Assembly (NCBI GenBank): GCA_030704615.1
Contig: CM060731.1
Coordinates: 65,906,001-65,970,000 of the forward strand
DNA: 64,000 bases
Origin: Takakia lepidozioides
Taxonomy: Eukaryota > Plantae > Bryophyta
Direction: 5' to 3'
The notes beneath the pieces were generated by a model, which was given only the letters and a program-made list of their open reading frames with translations, did not search any database and had not been told where the DNA came from. The translations under genes and the position numbers were made by a program. This document shows positions 36,901 through 48,900 of this stretch, piece after piece (the stretch's first letter is position 1; every line of letters starts with the position of its first letter).

Positions 36901-39900
36901 ACCCCTGCATTCCACTTCTATCGAGAGACATTCTTGGTGCTCCGAGATGATAGAATCTTCAGGCGAAATTACCTTTCAGCATCCTTATCTCCTTCCCTCC
37001 TGAGGACATTGGGGCGGTTCAGGGTGGGTTCCCACAACCTACGGATAGAGACTGGCGGATGGGAAAACCTGCAACGGGAGGACCGCCTATGTTCAGCTTG
37101 CATAGGGCGCAGCCGAGAAATTGGAACTGAAGAACACTTCTTCTACTTCCCTCTATACTACGAGATCCGTGGGGGATTCCACTGTTTATTCAGTGGAACC
37201 CAATCGCTCTGAAGTCTCCCACTATGAGGATCAGAAATGCTTGGCAGCTTACCTGCACGAGGCCTTCACCCTTAGACAATCACTAGAGCATTAGTTCTTA
37301 TTCTTGGGTTCTGGTTTTGTTTCCTCTCTCATGTTTTCTTCCATTTTGTCCCATAAGCTCTATGAGCTTTCCGCGGACGTTATAAAGCACCATTTCATTT
37401 CTTGTTGCTTTTTTAGTTGCTTCTGGGCTGCTTTTGGCTGTGGTTCTGGTAGGTGGGAAAATCTGCAACATGACAACCGCCTATGCCCCCCTTAGGCTGG
37501 GAACTACGGGGAAATCGAAAGTGAAAAACACTTCTTCTTTCACTGCCCTTTATACTATGAGATCCATGGGGGATTCAACTGTCCATTCTGGGATACCCAA
37601 TCTCTCACGGAGGTCTTCCATTATGAGGATCAGAAATGCTTGGCAGCTCACCTACATGTAGTGTTGACTCTTAGACGATCCCATGAAGATTACTGGCTTT
37701 TGGGCTGTTTGTGGCCCCTCTCACTCATCAAGCATGCTGCACCTACTTTAGCCCCTTTTATAGCTAACCTCTTCAATGAGGTGGTGCAACGGGGCTTTCC
37801 AACAGAGTGGACAAAGAGCATCATCCACCCACTTTTCAAGAGCGGTGACAGGCTCGCACCGACAAACTATCGTACTATCATGGTGTCCTTGTTACTTGCT
37901 AAACTGTTTGGGGCAGTAGTGGCCATGGAACTGGATGATTGGGCCGAGTCCTCTCGCATTCGTGCTGAGGGACAGGCTGGTTTCCGTCGCAACTGATCCA
38001 CTATTGACCACTATTGACCAGACTAGAGATTGAGACTGAAGAACATTTCTTTCACTGTCCCTTAGACAATCGCTAGAACATTAATTGTGGTTTCTGGATT
38101 TGTTCCTCTCTCATGTTTTCTTCCATTTTGTCCCATAAGCTCTACGAGCTTTCCGCGGACGTTATAAAGCACCATTTCATTTCATTTCACTTTCACTGTC
38201 CTCTGTACTATGAAGCCTGGGGCCACTACTTCTGCCTAGAGATAGCCATTCCCTGACGAAGTGTTCTGTTACAGAGGATCAGAGATGCCTTGTGGCATAT
38301 CTTAACAACGCTCTCCACCTTAGAGATTCTCTCGAAGTCAAAAATGTGGTGGCTGGTTGTTGGGCCCCCACTTTCCTTGTTTCCTACTTTGCTTTGTCCC
38401 ATATGCTCTATGAGCTTTCCGTGGACATTTGTTCTAAGCAACAGGGGCTATTTATGAGACTTTTACCCTCTTTCCCACTTACTGCTGATGCAAGCACAGG
38501 TCACAAGGCAACAAATAGCAGAGTCTAATGAAGGCATAAGCCCCTGTCTATCATGTGCTTACCATGGACTGCATTTAAATAATCTGAGGACATCAAGCTG
38601 ATTTCTGATAGGCCTGTAGAAATTTCGAGGTGACAATTTCATGACAAGGTGTGTAGGGAAGGATGCAAAGAGCAATATCAACAGAAGAATCGGTGGATAG
38701 GACGTGTAAACGCTACAAACCTATTGCAGAGAGGGCAAGCATTATGTACTCCAGCATTGTAGACATTTCAAAGGTGCAGCTTGCAAAAGATCAAAATTGT
38801 TTCTTGTACAGTCTGCTTCATACGAACTGCTAATAACTAACTTAGAAGCCTCAGGTTCTCAAGCAAAGAGAGTAGATGTGGGTCCTGATACAATAGCATA
38901 GAATGAATTTCTTGCATGCATTCTGGTCTCTGCGACTCCCAATCTCTTGGCCTCACAGAACACTATGCTGACCTGGTGGGGTTGCAGCTGGAAGCTGTAT
39001 ATCAGTGGACATTGCCCTGGTTTAGGAATGTGTACAGTATGAGCATGCATCGCACAACAGCATTGAATCCTGTTGAATTTGAGACACGACTAATGTACTT
39101 GATCCACAAGGTTACAACTGCCGTTTATAAACGTGTCTGCAGCAGTCTCTTGCTACGCCATCGACTCCTGTTTGGCCTTCTTGTTGCATTTAGGTGAGAA
39201 TTAGAGTCTTTGCATGCTTTCAAGCTTTAAACAAGCATAAATTATGGTGCCACTTCACCCTAAAAGGGGCTACTGCCTTCTGTTGGAAAGGTATTGACCC
39301 ACACATAGCAATGTGGCTTTGAACCCATGATCGCTTGCAATGCGGCCCTGTGCACTGGGCAATTTGTTGAATGCTTTCCAAGTTCAATGTCTTACCAAGG
39401 CAATGGAGTTAGAGTGTTTCTAATGTGAGCCTTGGCCAAGGGTTGCAGAATAGCACAGGCAAGACAAGAGGTGCAACAAGAGGAGTGGATGTTTTTGTTA
39501 CATTGTCAAGCTGCATCTACACATGCTACTACTACACAACTTCATTGTCCTTCTTGGCTGCAGCCCTCCTCAATGGAGTGGACGCATCTTTGCCTTCTTT
39601 CCACCCTTCCAAGGTACTTTTCTCTTCCATACAAAGGTTTCTGAGCAACATATTGTTTTAAGTAATCTGGAGTATATAGCCAGGTCCAGCATGCATGGTG
39701 CAGCTTACTACAATATTACGCAGTGATTTCCTTGCTCTCAGTAGCCCAAGCGATGTGAGATGATAGTTTATGACTCAGATTTCCACTTCCTATTTTTGTC
39801 TATGTTTAGCATTCAGGAGACTAAAGAAATAAGAAATAAACTTGATAACATCAATGCAACCAGATGTACTAGTAGGCCAAAATTCTAAGAAGATTTACTT

Positions 39901-42900
39901 TAGACCTGTAATTATCACACTTCTGAAGTTGGGTCTGTATCAACAGGTTTCAAGGCCTTGTGGAAGATTTGCACCAGAAAAGTTGGCAAGAGTTTTTTGA
40001 GAGGACTAGTCATTCCCAACTTCCTGCACCTTGGCAAGATAAACTAGGGCCTTTTAGGTCTCTCCTCGTGATACGCTGTCTTCAACCTAACAAGGTATGT
40101 TTTCTGGTTGCACAGTATATAATCATACTGAACATTTAATTTGTGAAGGATAAGCCTAAGAAGTACTATCTATATATCATGGAGAATAACACTTGCCTTC
40201 GAAAATTCCACGAAGTGCTGAGATCAAGTACATCTCAAAGAGATCATCAAGAGAAGTTGCAGAAGAGCTAACCAACAATTACTTGGATCTCTGGTAATGT
40301 TTAAACAAACACTCTTTTATCCCGCAGATAACAGAGGCTCATGAGAATCACCTTAGCTTAAACATTGGTGCAAATTTGCCAGCTGGTCAGCAAGTGTTTT
40401 TGAAATCATGAATAAGAAGTATGTACCAAATAATATACCAAGTCATTTGTTAGAAACATTCTTTTGATATCCACAGTAAGAAATGAAATGAAATGGTGCT
40501 TTATAACGTCCGCAGAAAGCTCGTAGAGCTTATGGGACAAAATGGAAGAAAACATGAGAGAGGAACAAATCCAGAAACCACAATTAATGTTCTAGCGATT
40601 GTCTAAGGGTGAAGGCCTCGTGTAGGTAGGCTGCCAAGCATTTTTTATCCTCATAGTGAAAGACATCAGTGAGAGTTTGGGTTCCACTGAATAAACAGTG
40701 GAATCTCCCACGGATCTCGTAGTATAGAGGGCAGTAGAAGAAGAAGTGTTCTTCAGTTTCAATTTCCTTGCTGCGCCCTATGCAAGCTGGACATAGGCGG
40801 TCCTCCCGTTGCAGGTTTTCCCATCTGCCAGTCTCTATCCGTAGGTTGTGGGAATCCACCCTGAACCGCCCCAATGCCCTCAAGAGGGAAGGAGATAAGG
40901 GTGCTGAAAGGTAATTTGGTCTCAAGATTCTATCATCGCGGAGCACCAAGAATGTCTCTCGATAGAAGTGGAGCTTTGTTGTGAGATTGGGTAGCATCCA
41001 AGTTCTCTTGACATGTAATTCCATAAGCTCTCTCCGAATGAGTCTGTTGCGGTCATGTCGCCCAGAACTCACAACCATAGATGGTAGCAGGGCTGACGAC
41101 AGTGTCAAACAGCCACTTTTTGGTCGGGGGATGCCGCAGATGTATTTGCTTACATTTGGCCTGAAGGCGGACGGAGGCCGCCTTACCTTTAGTCAATCTG
41201 TCCAAGGCTGTGGCTGCAAAGTGAAACTTGGGGGAGTTGATAACCAGACCTAGGTACCGGTATGATTTCACAATCTCAATTTCCTGCTGGTTGAAGATGA
41301 ATCTACGATCAGCCTGGCCATTGAAGACCATGATCTTGGTCTTGCTAAGATTGACTTGCATCCCATAGTCTTTGCAGAACTGTTCCAAAATTTTGAGATG
41401 GCGAGAAAGAAATCCATCCCAAAAATTAATTCATTATTGTAGCACATGGAATACCATACATTCTAGGTGGTGAAAATGCTGGCTGAATCACCAGGAACAA
41501 GTTTGATTTGTATAAGAGAAATTCCTAGAAACTGCTTCAAAAATAATCTTAAGTATTTTTAAGTGAAAAAAGTTTGTTGCTTTTGAAACCCATACCTGGA
41601 AGATACTGTCATCTCAAAGAACACTGCAGAACTGTGACCGCTTGACAGCTGTTGTCACCCAGTTCAATAAGATGTAGCACGAAGAAAGGATTATTTGATG
41701 CTATGTCGGATAGCGCAGATATTATGCTACGTCATCAGTAGGCTGGTAGCCTTCACTAGCTTACAGCCCTGTTGATGCCTTGCATGAAGGTGCCGTGGTT
41801 CTGACTGCTGAAGAGGTGATTTCTTCCTGGTAACCGAACTCAAAACTTGCTTTGAAGATCAATCAACTTTGCATCACATGATACTTCCAACTGCACCAGA
41901 TAAGCATTATGCTATGTCTATGTGCTTTTGGAAATGTATTAGGTGATAGAGGCAGCTAGTAAGCTTGTCAAGGAGCAATTACTCTTGGAGGACGAGGACC
42001 AAATCATGCTAACAATGGAGGATGCTTTTGATGAATCCAATCCCGACATGCCAATCACTTGCATCTTCCAAGATGTGGCGGCACCTATAGATGAGGTCCT
42101 ATTTCTGCCATCCATGCTTGCTTTGAAAATTGCACCTGGACTCCCACTCAGCCATTCCTTCGCTTGAGTGGTGATTGCTTGAATCAAAAATTTGAAAAAT
42201 ACGTCCAGTTTTCATGTTCCACACACCCTGGCACTTCAATGAGCGAAAGATAGCCTCCAGTTTAGCATAAATATGGCTCTTGAGACATATCTCTGATGAA
42301 TGCAGATTTTGAGCTTTGCAAAAAGACGCAGCATGCTGCAAAAATTGTGGGTGTTTTCTCTAGACCATGGCCAGGTACATTTCTTCCTCTAGTCACTCGA
42401 CTATTGTCATGTTATTTAATTGGATATTTTGGTATTGAACCTATTACTGTTTCTTACTTGCAGGGACCCAAAATTTTGGAAGCTGTTAGGGAAGCGGCAG
42501 TATGGGGAAAGTAAGTCGGTAAATTTATGTATACTTCTGAAGTATTTGTATAAAATTCTCTAATAAGAACTGCATCACATGCAACATAAAAATCGTGCAT
42601 CATTGTGGTAGCAATTCTTACTGAACTTCTAAAATCACAGAAAATATTCTTGTCTCGCGTACTACTGAAATAAAACTTCAAGCATTTTTCATCAACTTAT
42701 AATAAAAAATCTAAGCAGAAAATTAAACAGGCTAGGGTCTGAGAGCATAAACAAGCTGCAATATTATGGGTGGCATCTTAATAATTTACCCAAAAGAATA
42801 AACATTGACTATTCTATATAAATGGTAAATAGGTAATCCGAGATGATGTATATCTAGATAAATACATTGTTAACAGCCATTAATCAAAGTTCTTATAATA

Positions 42901-45900
42901 GTGGGGAGGAACAGAAAGAAGAAAACAATGAAAACCAGGTAGCCAAGTGGTGGGTCTCAGGAATCAATGCGAGGTGTATAGGGTAGATGACCAGTATGTT
43001 TCAGTGAGAGAAGGGAGTCCTGATGGCAATGTGGCCCTGCCAAAACAGGGTGCATGAATTGGTGTATTTTGCACCATGGATTATTTTGCTGCAGGAGAGA
43101 AGTACAGATTTGTGGACAAATATATGTTATAAGTGATGATACTAGAAGTAATCTTACAAAGCATTGCTATGGATGCTGAAACTACTAATATGAATGTCTT
43201 TTCTTGGTTCTGCATACAGATGGGTCTTGTTGCAAAATTGTCATACAAATGTAGGGTGGATAAATAGTACCTTGGAGATTACCTTAACCAATGTAAGGAA
43301 AACAGTTGCCGTACACAACAATTTTCGTCTTTGGATGACAACGATTCCAACGAGTCACCAACCTGCAAATCTTGTGAAAAACAGGTCTGTTCCATGTCCC
43401 CCCCACTTTGGACACCCAACTCTTTTCCTTCCGTGACAAATGAAAAATCTGTACCTGGAAAACCAAATGGTAGCCACATCTGAAGCCAAAATGGGTTGAT
43501 CAAGTCATGTTTAAGCTGCTCTCCTTGTAGAGCAGGATTATTGGTTCTAAGCTAAGTCTTCTAAATGAGTCTGAAAAGACTGTCACTGCTAAAGGAGTCA
43601 CCACCAACCAACAAATTTGACAGACAAAGAGAACCAATATCTTTGTCATACTCTTGGACTGTTGCTTGTGCGGTGTCATATTCTTTTGTGGGGTATGGCA
43701 CAGCTTGAAGGTTGTAGTGGAGCCTCCAGATGGGTTGAAATCCAAGGTTGTGCACATTCTCTTGTCGCAACAAGCTAATGAAGTTTACAAAGTACGTGTT
43801 TTTCCCTGAAGACAAGGTTTTGGTTTTGAGCTGAAAGATTATCATTCTAAAACACCGTGACATACAGAGGAACTGTGGAGATAAAATTTGGTCTATGTAC
43901 TAGGATAGACAATGGCTTGTTTTGCACGCAAAGAGGCTCACTGTCAACGTCTAAACCCTGTAAAGCAAATGCAGGGACAAAAGATGGGAAAGACAATATG
44001 CAGTGACATACACCACTCTCGAGCATTTTTCCGACTCGCTATATTTCATTCATTGCTGCAACAACGTGGAAGTGCTGGTGCCATAGGGTGCGTACTTTAC
44101 CACCTATTGTCTTCTTCAAGAGCTCAGTGAAAGTGACATTAAAAGAGAGATAGCTGCGCATTTGGGAGAAAAAATGATGAGAGCATCCTCCTCCTGTGAG
44201 CATCAGGAAGAGACAGTAACGTGTCTTCCTTTTCAGTCGATTTGCTAGAAGACGCATTGTATAAAGCTGGACAATGTTCCTTGTTTGCATTTGGGACAAG
44301 TTTGAGAACAAAGAGTGGTTCCGGATCCCACCACAGCCCCTTTTTCTGCCCCTGCCCAAACAAGAGGCAGAAATCATGGCCACAGCATAATGCAGTAAGT
44401 ACATTCTCTCTCTCTCCCAAACACTCTCACTTTATCTACCATAGGGACCCTGGACCTATCCTGGATGTGAAACAATTCTTTTTCTTCTCTCTAGTTTACT
44501 TTCTCTTTGAGCTTCACGCAGACGTTATAAAGTACCATTTCGTTTCTATTAACAAAGAAATGGAAAACATAGTTTATAAACCCAAAACATGTATACTACA
44601 GTATACTAAAGCCTGAAGCCTTATGGTTGGCAGGTGGAATGTGCCCTTGCAGCTGAGTCTCGGTGATTTTAATCTTGCAAAGTCACAACTTGAGAAATTT
44701 TCTTTGGTACAAGATTGGGTGAATGAGCACAGGGAGGAGGAAGGTGCAGAGGGCTTGAGGGGCATGCGATACATGTTAACGGAGATTGTGTATGGAGGCT
44801 ATGTTGTGGATGCACTGGACCACCAATGCCTCCAGCAGCTGTTTGATCACTGCTTTGCCACAAGTATGTCCATGTGCCTATCTGAACAGACTTCAATATA
44901 CTGCAAATAATACATGCCTCTTTGTTGTCCACCAAACGGAAGGTTGTAGCCCTTCCGGGTGAAGTGACACCATAACACACACCAGCTTTGGCAGGAGTCT
45001 TCCTCTCTCTTTCTCCTCTGACTAGGCTACAGCAAATGACGTCTTATGAGTACATTCTCTTCTCAGACTCTTTGTTCATAAGTGTAATTCCCAAGGAGCC
45101 CTTGTTGTGGAATTAGGGCATTTCTGCTGCTCTCAAAAAAGGCTTTTTCTATTTCCCTCTCCTGTTAAACTGCTTACAGAATCTACATATTCCTGCGGTT
45201 TGATCAAAATGTGTTGGTCCAGGGGATGATTCCGGAGGTTTTCTTGGGGCAATGTATGGGTATTTGCCAAAAGAAGCTGGAACACTTGAAGATCTTATCA
45301 GTCACACTCTCACTTTACCAGACAGAGATGACCCTGAGGTACCGTGTTTGTTGGTCCCCATCCTGTCAAGTTTCTACCAGATAGCTCTATCTGACGCATC
45401 CCTTAACAGAACTGTGCTATGTTTGCACTCATGCGTTGTGAAGTTATGCACAGTTGGCTGACAATGCCTGTGCACCTGCAAGTAGGTAATGGGTCTACCC
45501 AAGGATGCTGCAACTGGCCATGCGCTTAGAGATGCTCAAGAACTTTTCACAGCTGCGATTTCATTGGAGTCCCGCAAGAAGTTGTTATTTGCCCCCTTGA
45601 ACTTCATGTCTGAAACCAAGGCTGTATGGCATCTTGCCCTTTTATACTTGAGCCTCAAACTGCATATGCTTACTTCCTTGTGTTATGAAGTGATTATTCT
45701 TGTAAGCAAGACTTCCAGATTCAGTGTCCAGATGGAGATAGGCACATAGCTTAACTTACTGTGGGAGGATAGGTTTGTCCAGCTTACACCACACTAGTAG
45801 TGGAGATGGAGCATGAGCTCCTATTCTATCAGACAAAAGGGAGATATCTAGTGACTGCTCATCTGTAGTTTGAAAACCGGAAATGCTTTGCTGCTAACAT

Positions 45901-48900
45901 GCACGAGGTGCTTCGTCTTCATCCAGGGATTTAGGCCTGGTTGTCTAGTGCTTTCTTTCTGGGAAAACCTGCAACGGGAGGACCGCCTATGTCCAGCTTG
46001 CATAGGGCGCAGCAAGGAAATTGAAACTGAAGAACACTTCTTCTTCTACTGCCCTCTATACTACGAGATCCGTGGGAGATTCCACTGTTTATTCAGTGGA
46101 ACCCAAACTCTCACTATGAGGATCAAAAATGCTTGGCAGCCTACCTACACGAGGCCTTCACCCTTAGACAATCGCTAGAACATTAATTGTGGTTTCTGGA
46201 TTTGTTCCTCTCTCATGTTTTCTTCCATTTTGTCCCATAAGCTCTACGAGCTTTCCGCGGACGTTATAAAGCACCATTTCATTTCATTTCATTTCTTTGG
46301 TAGATGTTTTTGTCCATAAGCTCTTCATGCTTCTTGTGGACCCTTGTTTCTTTCAGTTGCTTTCGGGCTGCTTTTTGGCTTTGGTTTTGTCTCCGCTCTC
46401 TTGTGTTTTTTTCCACTTTGTCCCATAAGCTCTTTGAGCTTTCCATGGACGTTATAAAGTACCATTTCATTTCATTGCTTTCATTAGTATCTGAGGCATT
46501 TTGGTTTCGGAAATCGCTGCTGACCTTTATTTTTTCAGATAGTTCTTTGTGCTTTTAGTGACGGTGACAAACTTTCTTCTTCTTCTCCTTCTCTCTAATT
46601 CTGTTCATTTATTAATGAAGCAGTGTAATATTATGGTTTGCGATGCAGAAAACTATCACAATAGAAGGCTTGCGGGACACAGAGCAACTTGTTTCTACGT
46701 GTCTAGACGAAAATAAGTTGCGGGCACAGATTCAGCATGTTCCTGATCCTTTCTTACTTCTCTTGCTTCAGGCATGTGGACTCTCTACTTACTGTATCTG
46801 AAATAGTTTAATATGGCTCACTTGAATAGACTGTTGGAGTTGAACATTTGAACGTAATTGTTGATGCAGGAGGTCAAACACTATAACCGGCTTCTACACG
46901 TAATAAGAGACTCTGTATCTCGAGCTCAAAAGGTGATTGATCCCAACTAGCTTGTGCTGGTTATGTCATGGAGCAATAGATTTTTATTGTTGCACAGCCA
47001 GTGCAGCCCCACTGTTGTATCAATGGTGAGGTGTCCATTTCAACTGTTAGTTATCATGAGTGCTGAGACTAGCAAGTCATATGCAAGGGTTGGTTTTACC
47101 AAGATGTGTGGCACACACATTTGTAAGGGTTCTTAGATAGGGCAACTAGAAAGTTGGGGTGGGAAAGTTTAATTTTCAGATTCAAGTACTTTTGGCTACA
47201 TTGCAAATGTGCTGACCTGCATTGTCTACAAAAAGCTCTTGGCTTGGTTTGTCTCATAGTAGGTACTGATCAAGGACTTACACTTCCCTGCAGGCCATTG
47301 CATGCCCTGGGGACATGACGGCCTCGATTGAGGTGTTGTGCAACAGCATCATAGCTGGCCAGGTGGTGCTATGCTTCATTCTTCATGCTCGGGTTGGGTC
47401 ATGTGCACTAGATGTTTTGTTTGAAACAGCTACATTCCAGCTTTTGACAACTAAACCCACTGCTCTTCTCCTTTAAGAGGGAGAGGTTAAGAACTAATTC
47501 TGTCCCATACCGGGATCAAGGAAATGGTCACCTTGTTCCTTTTTTCATCCTTCCTCCTGTGTCCTGTCCAAAATTGCATGCCATATCACCTCTCCCTTGT
47601 CTCTCGTCGCTGGTGAATTCTCAGCCGAGGTCCACAGCAACATTGGAGTCAAACAGGGCTGCCCCCTTTCACCTACCCTGTTCGGGATCTACATTGACGC
47701 CTTGGAGAATTACATATCAAAAAACCATGGGGTTGGGGTACCATTGGATGGGGGACCAACACAATCAGATCTCCTCTACGCTGATGATGTTGCCCTTTTG
47801 GCACAATCCCCGGTCTTCCTGCAATGCCATCTCAAAATTTTGGAACAGTTCTGCAAAGACTATGGGATGCAAGTCAATCTTAGCAAGACCAAGATCATGG
47901 TCTTCAATGGCCAGGCTGATCGTAGATTCATCTTCAACCAGCAGGAAATTGAGATTGTGAAATCATACCGGTACCTGGGTCTGGTTATCCACTCCCCCAA
48001 GTTTCACTTTGCAGCCACTGCCTTGGACAGATTGACTAAAGGTAAGGCGGCCTCCGTCCGCCTTCAGGCCAAATGCAAGCAAATACATCTGCATCATCCC
48101 CCAACCAAAAAGTGGCTGTTTGACACCGTCGTCAGCCCTGCTACCATCTATGGTTGTGAGTTCTGGGCACCTGGTGTCCCTGTCTCCTGGTGGGAAAAGA
48201 ATTTGGAACCATTACAGTCATCTTTTCTCCAAGCAATGCTTGGCGCCAGGAGCACAACTCCATCTCAGATCCTAAGTGCAGAGTTCGCATGTGTACCATT
48301 GCAATCCGAGGCCCTCTTCCGGCTTACAATCTTTCTCCATAGATTACAGGCCCTTCCACCCAAGGGGCTCGTGGCAAGGGCCCTCACAACATCTATGAGG
48401 CTCAAAGCTGCAGGTTTCAGGAACTCTTGGTATGCTCGAGTGGACAGTTTATTTCAACGTAACGGACTTTCTACTGCTTTCCTATTACCAATGAATCCAG
48501 ATGAGGTGGACATCACATCCAGACATGACCGCAACAGACTCATTAGGAGAGAGCTTATGGAATTACATGTCAAGAGAACTTGGAAGCTACCCAATCTCAC
48601 GACAAAACTCCACTTCTATCGAGAGACATTCTTGGTGCTCCGCGATGATAGAATCTTGAGACCAAATTACCTTTCAGCATCCTTATCTCCTTCCCTCCTG
48701 AGGGCATTGGGGCGGTTCAGGGTGGGTTCCCACAACCTACGGATAGAGACTGGCAGATGGGAAAACCTGCAACGGGAGGACCGCCTATGTCCAGCTTGCA
48801 TAGGGCGCAGCCAGGAAATTGAAACTGAAGAACACTCCTTCTTCTACTGCCCTCTATACTACGAGATCCGTGGGAGATTCCACTGTTTATTCAGTGGAAC

